Shown piece by piece: positions 23,750 through 34,019 of a stretch of 64,000 bases of DNA. Every line of letters starts with the position of its first letter. Position 1 is the first letter of the stretch. The notes under the pieces are model-generated. The model worked only from the letters and a program-made list of their open reading frames with translations. It had not been told where the DNA came from and did not search any database. Position numbers and translations under genes: made by a program. The stretch is from the NCBI RefSeq assembly GCF_000143415.4, contig NW_003314363.1, forward strand, positions 557,400 to 621,399, read 5' to 3'. The stretch is from Selaginella moellendorffii. Lineage: Eukaryota; Plantae; Lycopodiophyta.

Positions 23750-24440
23750 TCGATCACTGACTCCAGCTTGAGCGTGGATGGATCAAAGTCGAGGCAAGCA
23801 CAGCTCCCTTGCCGGATAACTCTATACTCTCCGGGAAGCAGAATGTCGATGAGATCAAGTTCTGGAATCCTAGCAGGTCGTCTAGCTTGTTATATGCGGA
23901 GAGATGGCAGCCGTCGAGCACCAGATAGCTCCCCAGATCCCAGATAAGTTTGTGCCGTTCCAGGGGAACGGGCGAAGCCAACGAGAGCGTGAGGCTGGAG
24001 CTCGAGATAAAAGCTTCCATGGCTTTCGTTTGTGGGAGAGGCGCTGGAGACAAGCTTTAGTATCTCGTTGACGAACAGCGAGTCCGTGGGGTGGTCGAAG
24101 CTCTGCCAGACTCCCTAGCCATTCCTGCGGAGGAGGACGAGGCATAGAACGCCATAGCCACAACTCCTGTTCCTTGGCCGGAGGTGTTGGAAGACCATAC
24201 CTGGAGAGGTCCCTGGCTCAGGACTAAGTTTCCATCGTCGCCAAATGCGAGGGTCGCGTCTGGGAAGGCTTGCCAGAAACTGGCAACGGTGGTGGAAGAG
24301 CTGCATTCGACGTCCTTGAAGTCGGGCTTCCAGATCGACAAGTAGAACGATGGCGGGTGCGAAGGCGGGTGGCAAAGCTGTCGGAGAAGCCCCTCATGAT
24401 CGTCAGGTTGGGAGCGACCGATGGATCGATCGTCCATTTC
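23750..24440 (-). pseudogene. Bulb-type (G-type) lectin / S-domain pseudogene
   Basis: DATLAFGDDGNLVL...VWSSNTSGQG..VVAM in one frame, then LVLLRRNG*GVWQSFDHPTDSL in another. There is a frameshift and an in-frame TAG just before the WQSFDHPTD hallmark. Confidence 0.82.
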
Positions 24441-24871
24441 GAGTTGACAGGAACTTGGAAAAAATCGATTTTTCAATTTTCTTGAAGCAACCAAAGTGAG
24501 AGCGGGATCAAAACACTGGAGGACGAGAAAATCAATGTAAAAGCTGGAAGTTTTGCCACATGTTTAGCCATCTACGACAGGCTTATAGCATCCATCCGAA
24601 AACGACACTCCATTGGCTTGTCCGTGGAAGAGGAGGAAAGAGCTCGCCGAATCTAATCCTGTGATAAGTACAGTCCTCGCCAAAAGGAAAAACTTAAAAA
24701 AGTGCTCTCTCCATACCTCTAGAAGTTCTTTTGAGTTGATCCAGCCAACCTGCGACGAGTAGTTGTTGAAGAAACTTGGAAACTCTGTCCGTACCTCTAG
24801 AAGCTCGAGTTGGATCCACCAAGTTTACTTTGCTTTTCTTTTTTTGTGTTGGGGAGAAGGAATTACGGTTG

Positions 24872-25866
24872 TCAAGGGACGCGAATGTAAGTTGCCCTGT
24901 GCTGCCGTGCACGAGTTGCTTTGAAGAAAGATGATGGCGAAGGTGGTTCGCGGTCAATTTTGTGAGGCGTCAATGAAGACTGCTCGTGCTTGCCACTGTC
25001 ACTTGTCAAGCTGCCCTTGATCTCTTCGCTTTCTTCCCGAATCACAACTTGACTGTAGTATGCGGGATCCACATTTTCTGGCGACTGTAAACTCGGTTGC
25101 AACTGCATTGCTTCGAAAGCACTGTTAGAGAAAACAGCAAGAGAAAGAGAGACACAAGGAGAGCACGAACCTGTGGAAAATGGCGCCTGTAGGCCTGAAG
25201 ACGTATTTGCGGAGAGGCTAAGCAATGAAGGAGCTCGAAAAACTTGGACTGGGCGAATAGAGAAGCGCGCTGCCAGAGAAGATACGTCAGGTCTTTGGCC
25301 TGTCCCCTCAGTTCACCCAATCTCCGATCAATTTCTGGTTCGTAGCTCGTCACAAACGGTTTCAAAAACGTCGTGTAAATGTAGTTTGTCCCCTGAAAGT
25401 ATAAATTCGATCTGGCTCCAGACAGTACAAACAAAAACTATAGCAAACCTTAGTCTTGGGATACCACAAGTAGACTATAAAAGCAAGCTTTGCTTCATTG
25501 TACATCGGAAGCCTGCAGGAAGCAAAGACACCTCAGACTGCTTGCTATCCTAGCTAGCTCTGGATATTACCAGGAAATGAGAGTGTCGGTTATTCTTTCC
25601 ACAAATGTCACCACCGCAATTAGCACCCTAGACAAACAAACTGGTTATAGCTGCAAAGAGAAAACAAGCTTCCAACAGTTACCAGTATTGGCACCAAAAC
25701 GTTTGTTCTTCCGCATCGGTTTTCCTGTTCTCGATGCTCTTAAAACACTCGTATGCAGGATAAACGTAGCCAAGGAACATCCTGAAAAGAAGACGACTGT
25801 GAAGAACATCCAGGAACCAAAACTCCAAAACACTTACGTGAGAGTTCTCATAATGAAAGACGCCAT
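24872..25866 (-). CDS. HVA22: HVA22-like protein (TB2/DP1/HVA22; G-J subtype), multi-exon; last exon uncertain
   Basis: MASFIMRTL/MFLGYVYPAYECFK...FWCQYW/..LISW/LPMYNEAKLAFIVYLWYPKTK/GTNYIYTTFLKPFV..EPEIDR. Confidence 0.88.
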
Positions 25867-26170
25867 CTCCCACAGCTCTACGCCCTGTTGCGATGTGTAC
25901 TCAAAACCCCGAGCTTTCTCCTTCGATGGAACTTTTTTCGTGTCCTCCTCTGCGAAGATCCATTCTAATCCCACATTTCAGCACGAAAACTCGTGCTTCC
26001 TGCAGAGCTAACTCGTCAACATCATCAGAAATCTCACAATGGCTTGGAGGGCGCGTCGGTTTCTTGCAACCGGCTGCAGCCGGTCTCTCTAACACGTGGA
26101 GCGAGATAGTTAGGTACAAACGTCGGGCCGTATATTCCTGCATCACCTCTACAACACCACTTTTCCTCAC

Positions 26171-28526
26171 TTACTCGTACTTTATTCTTCCATCGCCTTC
26201 GGTGATGATATCTTTGAATGACGCACCACCCGGTATCATCGGCAATACATGCTCCTGAGTGTTAAATCAATTGTTACTCTAGAACGAAAAGTAGCAAAAA
26301 TTCTAATTCTCCTTGCCTGATGAGGAACAATCACGTCCAGGAGATAAGGGCCGGGCGTTTGAAGCATCGTCAAGATTGCTTCCTTGAGGTCCGATTTCCT
26401 TGTTACTCGAGCAGAAGGCACCTGAGAAAAAAGTGAAATAAAAAAAGTCATTCGTGAAACCAGAGCGTAATTACACAAACATACTTTGCAAGCGTCAGCA
26501 AACTTACGGAAGTCAGGATAGATCTCTGCTTCCGCGTCGGGATCGCCCAAGTATGTGTGAGCTCGGTTTGCCTGAAACCAAATCATAACTGCCGATGCTT
26601 ATCAAAGTTGTCAAAGCAATACCTTGTAAAATCGATCCTCCCACTGTACAACCATCCCCAGGTGCTGGTTATTCAAGACCATTATCTTCACCGGCAGCTT
26701 CTCGACGTGGATTGTGGCCAGCTCCTAGCACACACAGAGTAAAAGATAAGTAACGATTTTGTCTTCGTAAGTTCAAGAGATGCACCTGAATGTTCATGAT
26801 AAAACTGCCGTCCCCATCGATGTCAACGACAGGAATACCAGGCGACGCAGCAGCCGCACCAAGTGCGGCAGGGAGCCCAAATCCCATTGCTCCGAGACCT
26901 GGCACATAAAGAAGAAAAAAAAGTTACAAGAGAGGTTTCTAATCTAGTAAGGATCAATCAAACTCTCACCTCCAGAAGTCAGCCATCGACGAGGTTCCTC
27001 GTGTTTACACCACTGCGCAGCCCACATCTGATGCTGTCCCACACCAGTGGAAATAATGGCGTTGCCTTGCGTTATCTCCGCCAGAGTTCGTATAGCATAC
27101 TGCGGAACGATGCAGTCGTTGTCAAAACACGGATACGTAAGCGGAAACTTTTGCTTCTGCTCTTGGAGCTCGTCCCTCCACGCTGAGAAATCCAGCTTCA
27201 TGTCCCTGCTCTTCAACATCCTGTTCAAGCCACGTAGAACCGGCTTCACATCGGACCATATCGATATATGCGGCTGCTTGTTTTTCCCAATCTCGGCCGA
27301 GTCGATGTCTACGTGAACAATGCTCGCCCTTCGCGCAAACATCTCGAGCTTCCCGGTTACACGGTCATCAAACCGGACACCAAAAGCCAGCAGCAAGTCG
27401 CAGCTATCGATCGCGTAATTGGCATACACGGTCCCGTGCATGCCCAGCATCTGAAGGCAGCGTTCGTCAGACTGAGGGAAGACTCCCAATCCCATCAACG
27501 TAGAGGCGAGTGGAATCCCAGTTTCTTCGACAAATTCCCTGACCTCCTCGCTAGAATCTATGCACCCCCCTCCGCAGTAAATCACTGGCCTCTTCGCCTC
27601 CTGGATGAGTCTGAGCACCTGTTCTAGCTGGGACGGCTCGGACACCCGGGGTGGCAGCCTTTGCACGTAAGCATCTAGCTTCATCTTCTGGGACCAGTCC
27701 GGGATGGAGAACTGCTGCTGGATGTCTTTGGGAATGTCCACAAGCACCGGCCCAGGCCTTCCAGACGACGCCAGAAAAAAAGCTTCCTTGATCACGCGTG
27801 GAATGTCCTCCACGTTCATCACCAGATAGTTGTGCTTGGTGATGGACCGCGTCACCTCTACGATTGGAGTCTCTTGAAACGCATCAGTGCCGATCATTCT
27901 TCGCGGCACCTGAGCATCCGAGAAAACAAGCTAGAAATGCTCCAAACTGTAGCTTCACATACCTGTCCAGTGATCGCCACGAGAGGAACGCTGTCGAGCA
28001 ATGCGTCGGCCAAGCCAGTGACCAAGTTGGTCGCTCCAGGCCCGGACGTAGCGATGCAAACACCGACTTTGCCACTCGACTTGGCGTAGCCCTCGGCGGC
28101 GAAGATCTCCCCTTGCTCGTGTCGGCAGAGGATATTGCGAATGCAAGTCGAGCGCGTCAAGGCCTGGTGAATCTCCATGGACGCGCCACCGGGGTAAGCA
28201 AACACCACATCTACACCCTGCCGCTCCAGGGCCTCGACAAGAACATCGCAGCCCTTTCGCGGCTCCGTGGCACCGTAGCGCGACTGGAAATCCATGGAAA
28301 CCAGCTGCTGCTGTTGCTTCTGCTCCTGGAGCTTGAGCGTCAGTGCTGGAGATCCATTCCCAGCGCCCGCACTCGCGATTTGCTCCGGTTGCGAATGGGC
28401 GGCGACGTACCTGCGATTGACGCAGCGGCGTGGACGATTCGCACAGCATTGGAAGCGCCGCGAGCTCACGGTGAGGAGATCACGCGGCATTCTCTCGCTC
28501 GCCGCGGTCAGCTTGCCGAAATCCAT
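26171..28526 (-). CDS. ALS: Acetolactate synthase (AHAS) catalytic subunit, plastid, 7 exons
   Basis: [49 protein letters not shown], ThDP motif GDGSF...[13 protein letters not shown] and [10 protein letters not shown]. Confidence 0.97.
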
Positions 28527-28911
28527 CGGCCCCGCTCGCCGCCAGCCCTATCCCCTGTTCTAAAACCTTCAGCCCTAAGCCACGTGGAAAACGCCAGTTA
28601 CAAAAACGTGGCAAAATGTCATTGGCTTACCTTTTATCCTTTATTTACTTGCTCAAGGGTAAAGGAAAGCATGCTAGGGCTGACGTTATATCCTCGTAAG
28701 CTTGAAACAAGCTTTGACCGTTTCGCTACAGACGACAAATTCAAACAATGCTAACGCAAATGCCGTGTAAGAGTTCTTGGATAAGTTCCAACACACCACA
28801 TCGCACGACTATATAAACCCCACAAACTCGATCATGCAATTACAATCATTCAATCCATCTATCTATCATCTAAAGCTATTCTTCAGTGCTGTCTTCCATA
28901 AGTTCTTGATC

Positions 28912-29340
28912 ATGGCATCCACTCGCGATATCCTCATTGTCTTCAGCATGCTCATCGTGGTTAGCCAGGTAATTCTTTTCTTGAAAACAAAGAATGGAAT
29001 AAGAATTGTAGAGGTTTCTGGTGAAATTTTGCAGGCCAGTTGCCATTTCTCTTCGTCTTGCACCGAGATTCGCTTCTACGGCAACATCATGTCCGCGAAT
29101 TGTAGGACGGATGCTGGCAAAGTGGTGAGGAGCTCCATCGATGTGAACGAGTGTGTGGGAGTCGACTATTCGGGCAAGCTCGATTGCTCCTCCAACTTTG
29201 TTCCCAGATGCCACAACGTTGCATTCAATGGGATCACAATGGCTGCCACCTGCAAAGATGGCTATGGACATGAGGTCTTCTCCAACCGGGCCCTGGACGA
29301 ATGCATTGGCAACGATGACGGTCACCTCATTTGTTGCTAG
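28912..29340 (+). CDS. Secreted cyanovirin-N homologue (CVNH) lectin 1, 120 aa; exons 28912-28968, 29035-29340
   Basis: Signal-peptide exon, then two about 50-aa pseudo-repeats: FSSSC..I...G..M.A.C...SSIDVNECVG and NF...C.....G..M.ATC...LDECIGNDDG.L. TATA box at about 28810. Confidence 0.88.
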   Translation: MASTRDILIVFSMLIVVSQVILFLKTKNGIRIVEVSGEILQASCHFSSSCTEIRFYGNIMSANCRTDAGKVVRSSIDVNECVGVDYSGKLDCSSNFVPRCHNVAFNGITMAATCKDGYGHEVFSNRALDECIGNDDGHLICC

Positions 29341-29989
29341 AAACAGCCATCTTCTCATAAGAAATTGGATTCCATCAGTCTGGAGCAAAGATAAATCATT
29401 TGATTGCTTAAGAAGTTTGGATCCATTACGTAAAGTTTGTGTGGTTTGGAAATAAAATCATTTTGTAAACGTATTTCCTTATAAAAATGTCACATTGCTG
29501 TACTCATAGAAGTGTCGAGAAGAATTGGATTCTATCAGTCCGGGCATAGATTTTATCATTGCTAGCAGATGTTTGGATCCAATACGTGGAAATAGAATAC
29601 TTTTTGAGAGCACACAAGATCATGCAAACTCCACTTTTGCTTGTCAATTCACTTTGCCAACAAAGACCATCCTCTTGGCTAGAGCGTGCATCATGTCAAA
29701 CATAGTTTCTTGGGTCAAGAATAACCCACAAGTTCAATCAAGTGTCCGTAGTCATTTTGTTTTTGTCTTTCGGAAAATGCTTAGTCGCAAAACTCAAGAA
29801 TGATGATAGCTAGCACCAAATGCCGTGTCGGTCTTTGGGATAGGCTCCAACTCATGGCATGACACGGATCCGGACTATATAAGCCCAGGGAAGCTCTGGA
29901 ATGATCATTCAAGCCTTCTTCTTCAGTATATAGCACTCTTAAGAGCTCGCTCTTCATATATCACTTTGATTTCTTTTACCTGTACTACC

Positions 29990-30402
29990 ATGGCATCCAT
30001 CCGCGAGATCATCGTCGTCCTGTGCATGCTCATCGTCACAATCCAGGTAATCTTTGAGAGTTTGATATCGATTGATAGTTTGGCCATGGGTTCCTTCAGG
30101 CTTGCCAGTTCTCTTCGTCTTGCACGGGGATTAGCTTCGATGGCCACACCATGCACGCGAAATGTAGAACTCCGTATGGGAAGCATGTCAAGAGCTCCAT
30201 CGATGTGAGCCAGTGCGTGGGAGTCGACTACACGGGCAAGCTCGATTGTTCCTCCAACTTTGCTGCCAAATGCGGTGATGTTGAGTTCAATGGGATCACC
30301 ATCGGTGCTCGTTGTGCCACTGCCAAGGGCTACAAGCGCTTCTCCAACCGCGCGCTGGACGATTGCATTGGCAATGTCGATGGCAAACTCACTTGCTGCT
30401 AA
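29990..30402 (+). CDS. Secreted CVNH lectin 2, 119 aa; exons 29990-30046, 30100-30402
   Basis: Tandem paralogue with the same 57-nt first exon and all 10 mature-chain Cys conserved. TATA box at about 29876. Confidence 0.88.
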
Positions 30403-30849
30403 AAAGTTGGATGAGCATTTGAATAAACTACGCTGGTTTTATTAAACTAAAACTTTGTGAATCGTTTGATCAATATCTGGGCCTTCGCTTCTGTGCTTTC
30501 TTCTAGCTATGGCGTCCACAGCTTTTTCCGAAGGCCTCGAAACCTGGAAAAAGGAGATAAACGAGAAGAAACTGGCTTGAAAGGAGCTTTAGCTCTCGTG
30601 CCAACGAATTTTCAACAAACGAGAGATTTTTTCGAAGTCTCTCACAGTAGTGGAGGAAAGCTTGTAACTTACTTACAATATGTTGAAGTCCAGAAGGCCG
30701 TGCTGCAACTGTCGTTGGAGGAAAAAAACTGAAAGGCTTGAATGAGCACCTTTTAAGACTTGTAATTCTTTTCTGAGAAAAGAAGAAACTATAGTCCAGA
30801 AAGAATCCTTCCATTGCAAAAAGTATATTGATAAAATTCACCAGCCATG

Positions 30850-32170
30850 TGGTATATTGACTATTGCTTTGTGGGCCATGAAACTTTACGCACCATCATT
30901 GAAAAGAAAATAAAAAAGCAGTTTCTATACTACCACTCCTTTTTAGGGTTAAAATAGGTGTAGGGTTTTGTTAGATAAATTTTGGGTACATGAAGAGGTT
31001 TTTATTTCAGAATAAGGTAGATTTATCAATAGTAATGGCACTTAGATTGCTGCAATTGATTATATCCAAAAAGTAAAGTGGGTTGGAAGTAAAGTTGGGA
31101 GTTTGTAAATTGCTTTCTATACATCTATTAGATTAGAGATTTAAATTGATTTTTGTGAAATAATCCCAAAAGATTAAAGAGTTCTTGACTTTGAAGATGG
31201 AAAAGTTGTAAATATCACATTCTCTCAAGAAAGTAAGTGGGTAATAAATGGCAATAGATTTTAATTAATGATTTTAGTGTGGCAATTGTTCAAGTTAAGT
31301 TAACAATAAAATAATGATAATGTGATAAAATTCAAGTTGTTTGTATGTAAGCTTATAAATTTAGACTTTTTAATAGGTTACCAAATATCCTAAAACTCTT
31401 AATTGATTAAAAAAAGTGTATTTTTATTATGGGCCTTTTCCCTTTATATTTGAACTTTTACAAATTAGTTTTTGCCAGATGTCAATCTCAATATATAATG
31501 TGATTCACTAAACCAACTAATAAAGTCAATTCCCAAAAAGTTCTTTAATATTAAATATAAACTCCTATTTTTAAACTTTCAAGAAGGTCATCTAACCTAA
31601 TATTATTTAAATCCAAGGATGTTTAACCTCAATTATCTTAACACTTTTAATCAATTAAAAAAAAAGGGTGCACTTTTGTTCATAAGCTCTCTCCCTTTAT
31701 ATTTAAATCTTTATAAATTGTATTTTAAGTCATTCTCTTTAATTACTTCCAAAATCATCAACTAAGATAACATACCATTCTACCAAGTTAAATTGAAATT
31801 TCACTAGTACAAAAGAAAGCAAAGTTCTTCAATATAGATCACAAATCACAAATCAGTAGATCACAAATTAGTGAATTAGCTAAAACTTGCTTGCTGGATT
31901 AAGGTGATAAAAAAAAGTAAAAAAAATTGTCCTAAACTTTGGTAATAAGCATCCACCACAACCAGTAAATGATAAATATATTTCTATAAGTTTTAAAATG
32001 TTTAACTTTTTTATTTTATAGTGTTTTCAATTGTAGTACCACAACCTAAAAAAATCACAATAGATAAAGTCTTCAAAGCAATAGGGTGCTTGAATCTTTT
32101 AATATATATGTATCTATACATTTAAGATCTGTTATTTTTTATACCATAAATAGATATATAAAAGTTAAAA
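30850..32170. repeat. AT-rich non-coding tract with a degenerate direct repeat (about 31395-31470 vs 31640-31725); probable decayed element
   Basis: No ORFs. Shared blocks ttaat..attaaaaaaa and ccctttatattt.aa.ttt.a.aaatt occur about 245 bp apart. Confidence 0.4.
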
Positions 32171-32175
32171 TTTAT

Positions 32176-33400
32176 TTATTTTTGGATATACTTGAGGTTG
32201 AGGGTCTTGTTGTGGACTCTGCTGTCTGAGTAGATGACCTTGATGTGAGTCACATCCATTCCAGTGGTGAGCTCTGAAGACTCTAGCACAAGATCAGCAT
32301 CCATGGTGATGTTAACCAGGTAGACCAATGCCGAATGCTGCTGTGCATAACATGGCGCTTTGACATAATGCTTCCTCAAGCTACTGTCAGCCCAACGTCC
32401 CAGATTCCACTGCAAATCTCTTGGACGTGCTAGCGCTCCTGCTGATGACGAGCGTATGAGCTCGCAAAAGACCTCGTCTACTCGAGCCTCCCGCACGTCA
32501 GGCAGCACTTTAAGATACGCTTGACCACTTTGAGCCGAGTCATGAAGGCAAGCTGATAGCGGTACTCCAAAGGCGTGTCATTGTCAAGCCATGCCTCGGG
32601 GGACTTAAGAAGATTGCCATCAAGGAGCTCTATCGCCGTTTCAAGCACCCATAACCTGTCCTCCTCCGTTTCCAGCAGCCTTGACGACGGGTCGACGTCC
32701 TTGTCCAGGCTGAAGTTGCTAATTGCCGGTCGTCCCAAGATGAACATTGGACATAGGAGCGAAGAGGCTCGGCCTCCACGATGAGCACCCCACTGGCGGA
32801 TATCAGCGTCATCTGGATCATAGCGGTGCAAACTCAACAAACGGCTTAAGGCGCCGGTGCAGCTTCTTACCTCCGCTTTCTTCCCTTACAGCTTCTACGA
32901 CTTGCCTGTAGAATAAGTGCGTCACCAGCATGGTGTTTGCAACCAAGCCATTCCACTGCGCAAGCGTGTACGCCTTCTGCTGATCCATGAAGGCCAGGCA
33001 AGTGCCAGTATGTCCCTTGTGCCCGTCTATCAGTTCGAAGACAGATATCGCCATGTCTTTCACTTGGACACCTGAATCTGGGAAGTCGTCCGCCTCAGAA
33101 GCTCTATCGTTAACCTGAGTGCACGGTCTAATATTTTGACGGCTAATAAGAGCCTTGACGCGATCTGCCCGCTCCCAACCAGCACCCGTGCCCACAGATT
33201 GTACTGCTTCCTCTGGAATGCATGCTCCATCTAATGCGTGGACGGCGATGACGACAGCCACCAAGGCTTCGTCATGAAAAAATCCAGTGTGCGTGATGCT
33301 CCTTGCATTTGTGAGAATGGGCAAATATCTCTTTTGCGGTCCAAATGCCCCCTCTGTCTTCACCGCTGCGTTGTTGAAGGGGAACCGATGGAACGTACTG
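32176..33400 (-). pseudogene. Frameshifted intronless coding relic of unknown family (about 400 codons over three overlapping ORFs)
   Basis: ORFs 32818-33537, 32478-32840 and 32176-32508 overlap end-to-start in different frames and have coding-like composition. Confidence 0.5.
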
Positions 33401-33730
33401 TCATTCTGGGCGTAGTACAGCAGTAGATTCGTCCACGACCCGAGATCCTTGGCCGGCATTTTGTCGAAGGTTGATTTCGCTGCCACGATTTTCCCCTGTG
33501 CCGTTATCATCGAGTTCCATGGCGCTCTGGGACGCATTCAAACACAGCCTCACAGTCACGGGTCCGGGATGCCACCACATACGTGGTGATCATGGCGTTC
33601 CAAGAGACGATCGTGTTCTTGGAAAATTGCAAGATGCCCTGACTGGGCATACAGTGTAATGAGCGAGTTCCAAGCGACCACATGATCCAGCTTTGAATCG
33701 AAGATCTTCTTTGCCTGGCTGACATTGGAT
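33400..33730 (-). pseudogene. PLS-class PPR fragments
   Basis: IVSWNAMITTY, AVFECVPER, WNSMITAQG...AKSTFDKMPAKDLGSWTNLL.YYAQN spread across frames. Confidence 0.75.
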
Positions 33731-34019
33731 CTCCGATTTAGGATTTTACAACTGCGTTGCAGGACTCAAGATTCCTCTGGGGCATTCAATCGAAGAGGCT
33801 CTTGGATCGCGCGATATTCCCTTTCACTGGCAAATGCGAACAGCAAGAACACACGTCGCGAGGGGCATTCGATCGAAGAGTCGAGCCGCTGCGTCAATCG
33901 AACCCTGAGCGGCGTAGGCGTGGATCATCACATTCCAGGTCGCGCAAGCTCCAGCAACGCTGCAGCGGAGCGGGTTTTATTATCTTAGCATTCTGTATAC
34001 CATAAAAAATAAATGATTG

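Noticed and set aside
28777-29340. 187-aa single-exon reading of CVNH1, and the 526-aa reading of the P450
   Set aside because: Both read through in-frame introns from non-ATG starts. The CVNH paralogue and the conserved P450 intron position support splicing.
33265-33300. THTGFFHDEAL resembles the MYG1/UPF0160 motif TH.G.FH.DE
   Set aside because: No downstream MYG1 motifs are visible; probably coincidental.
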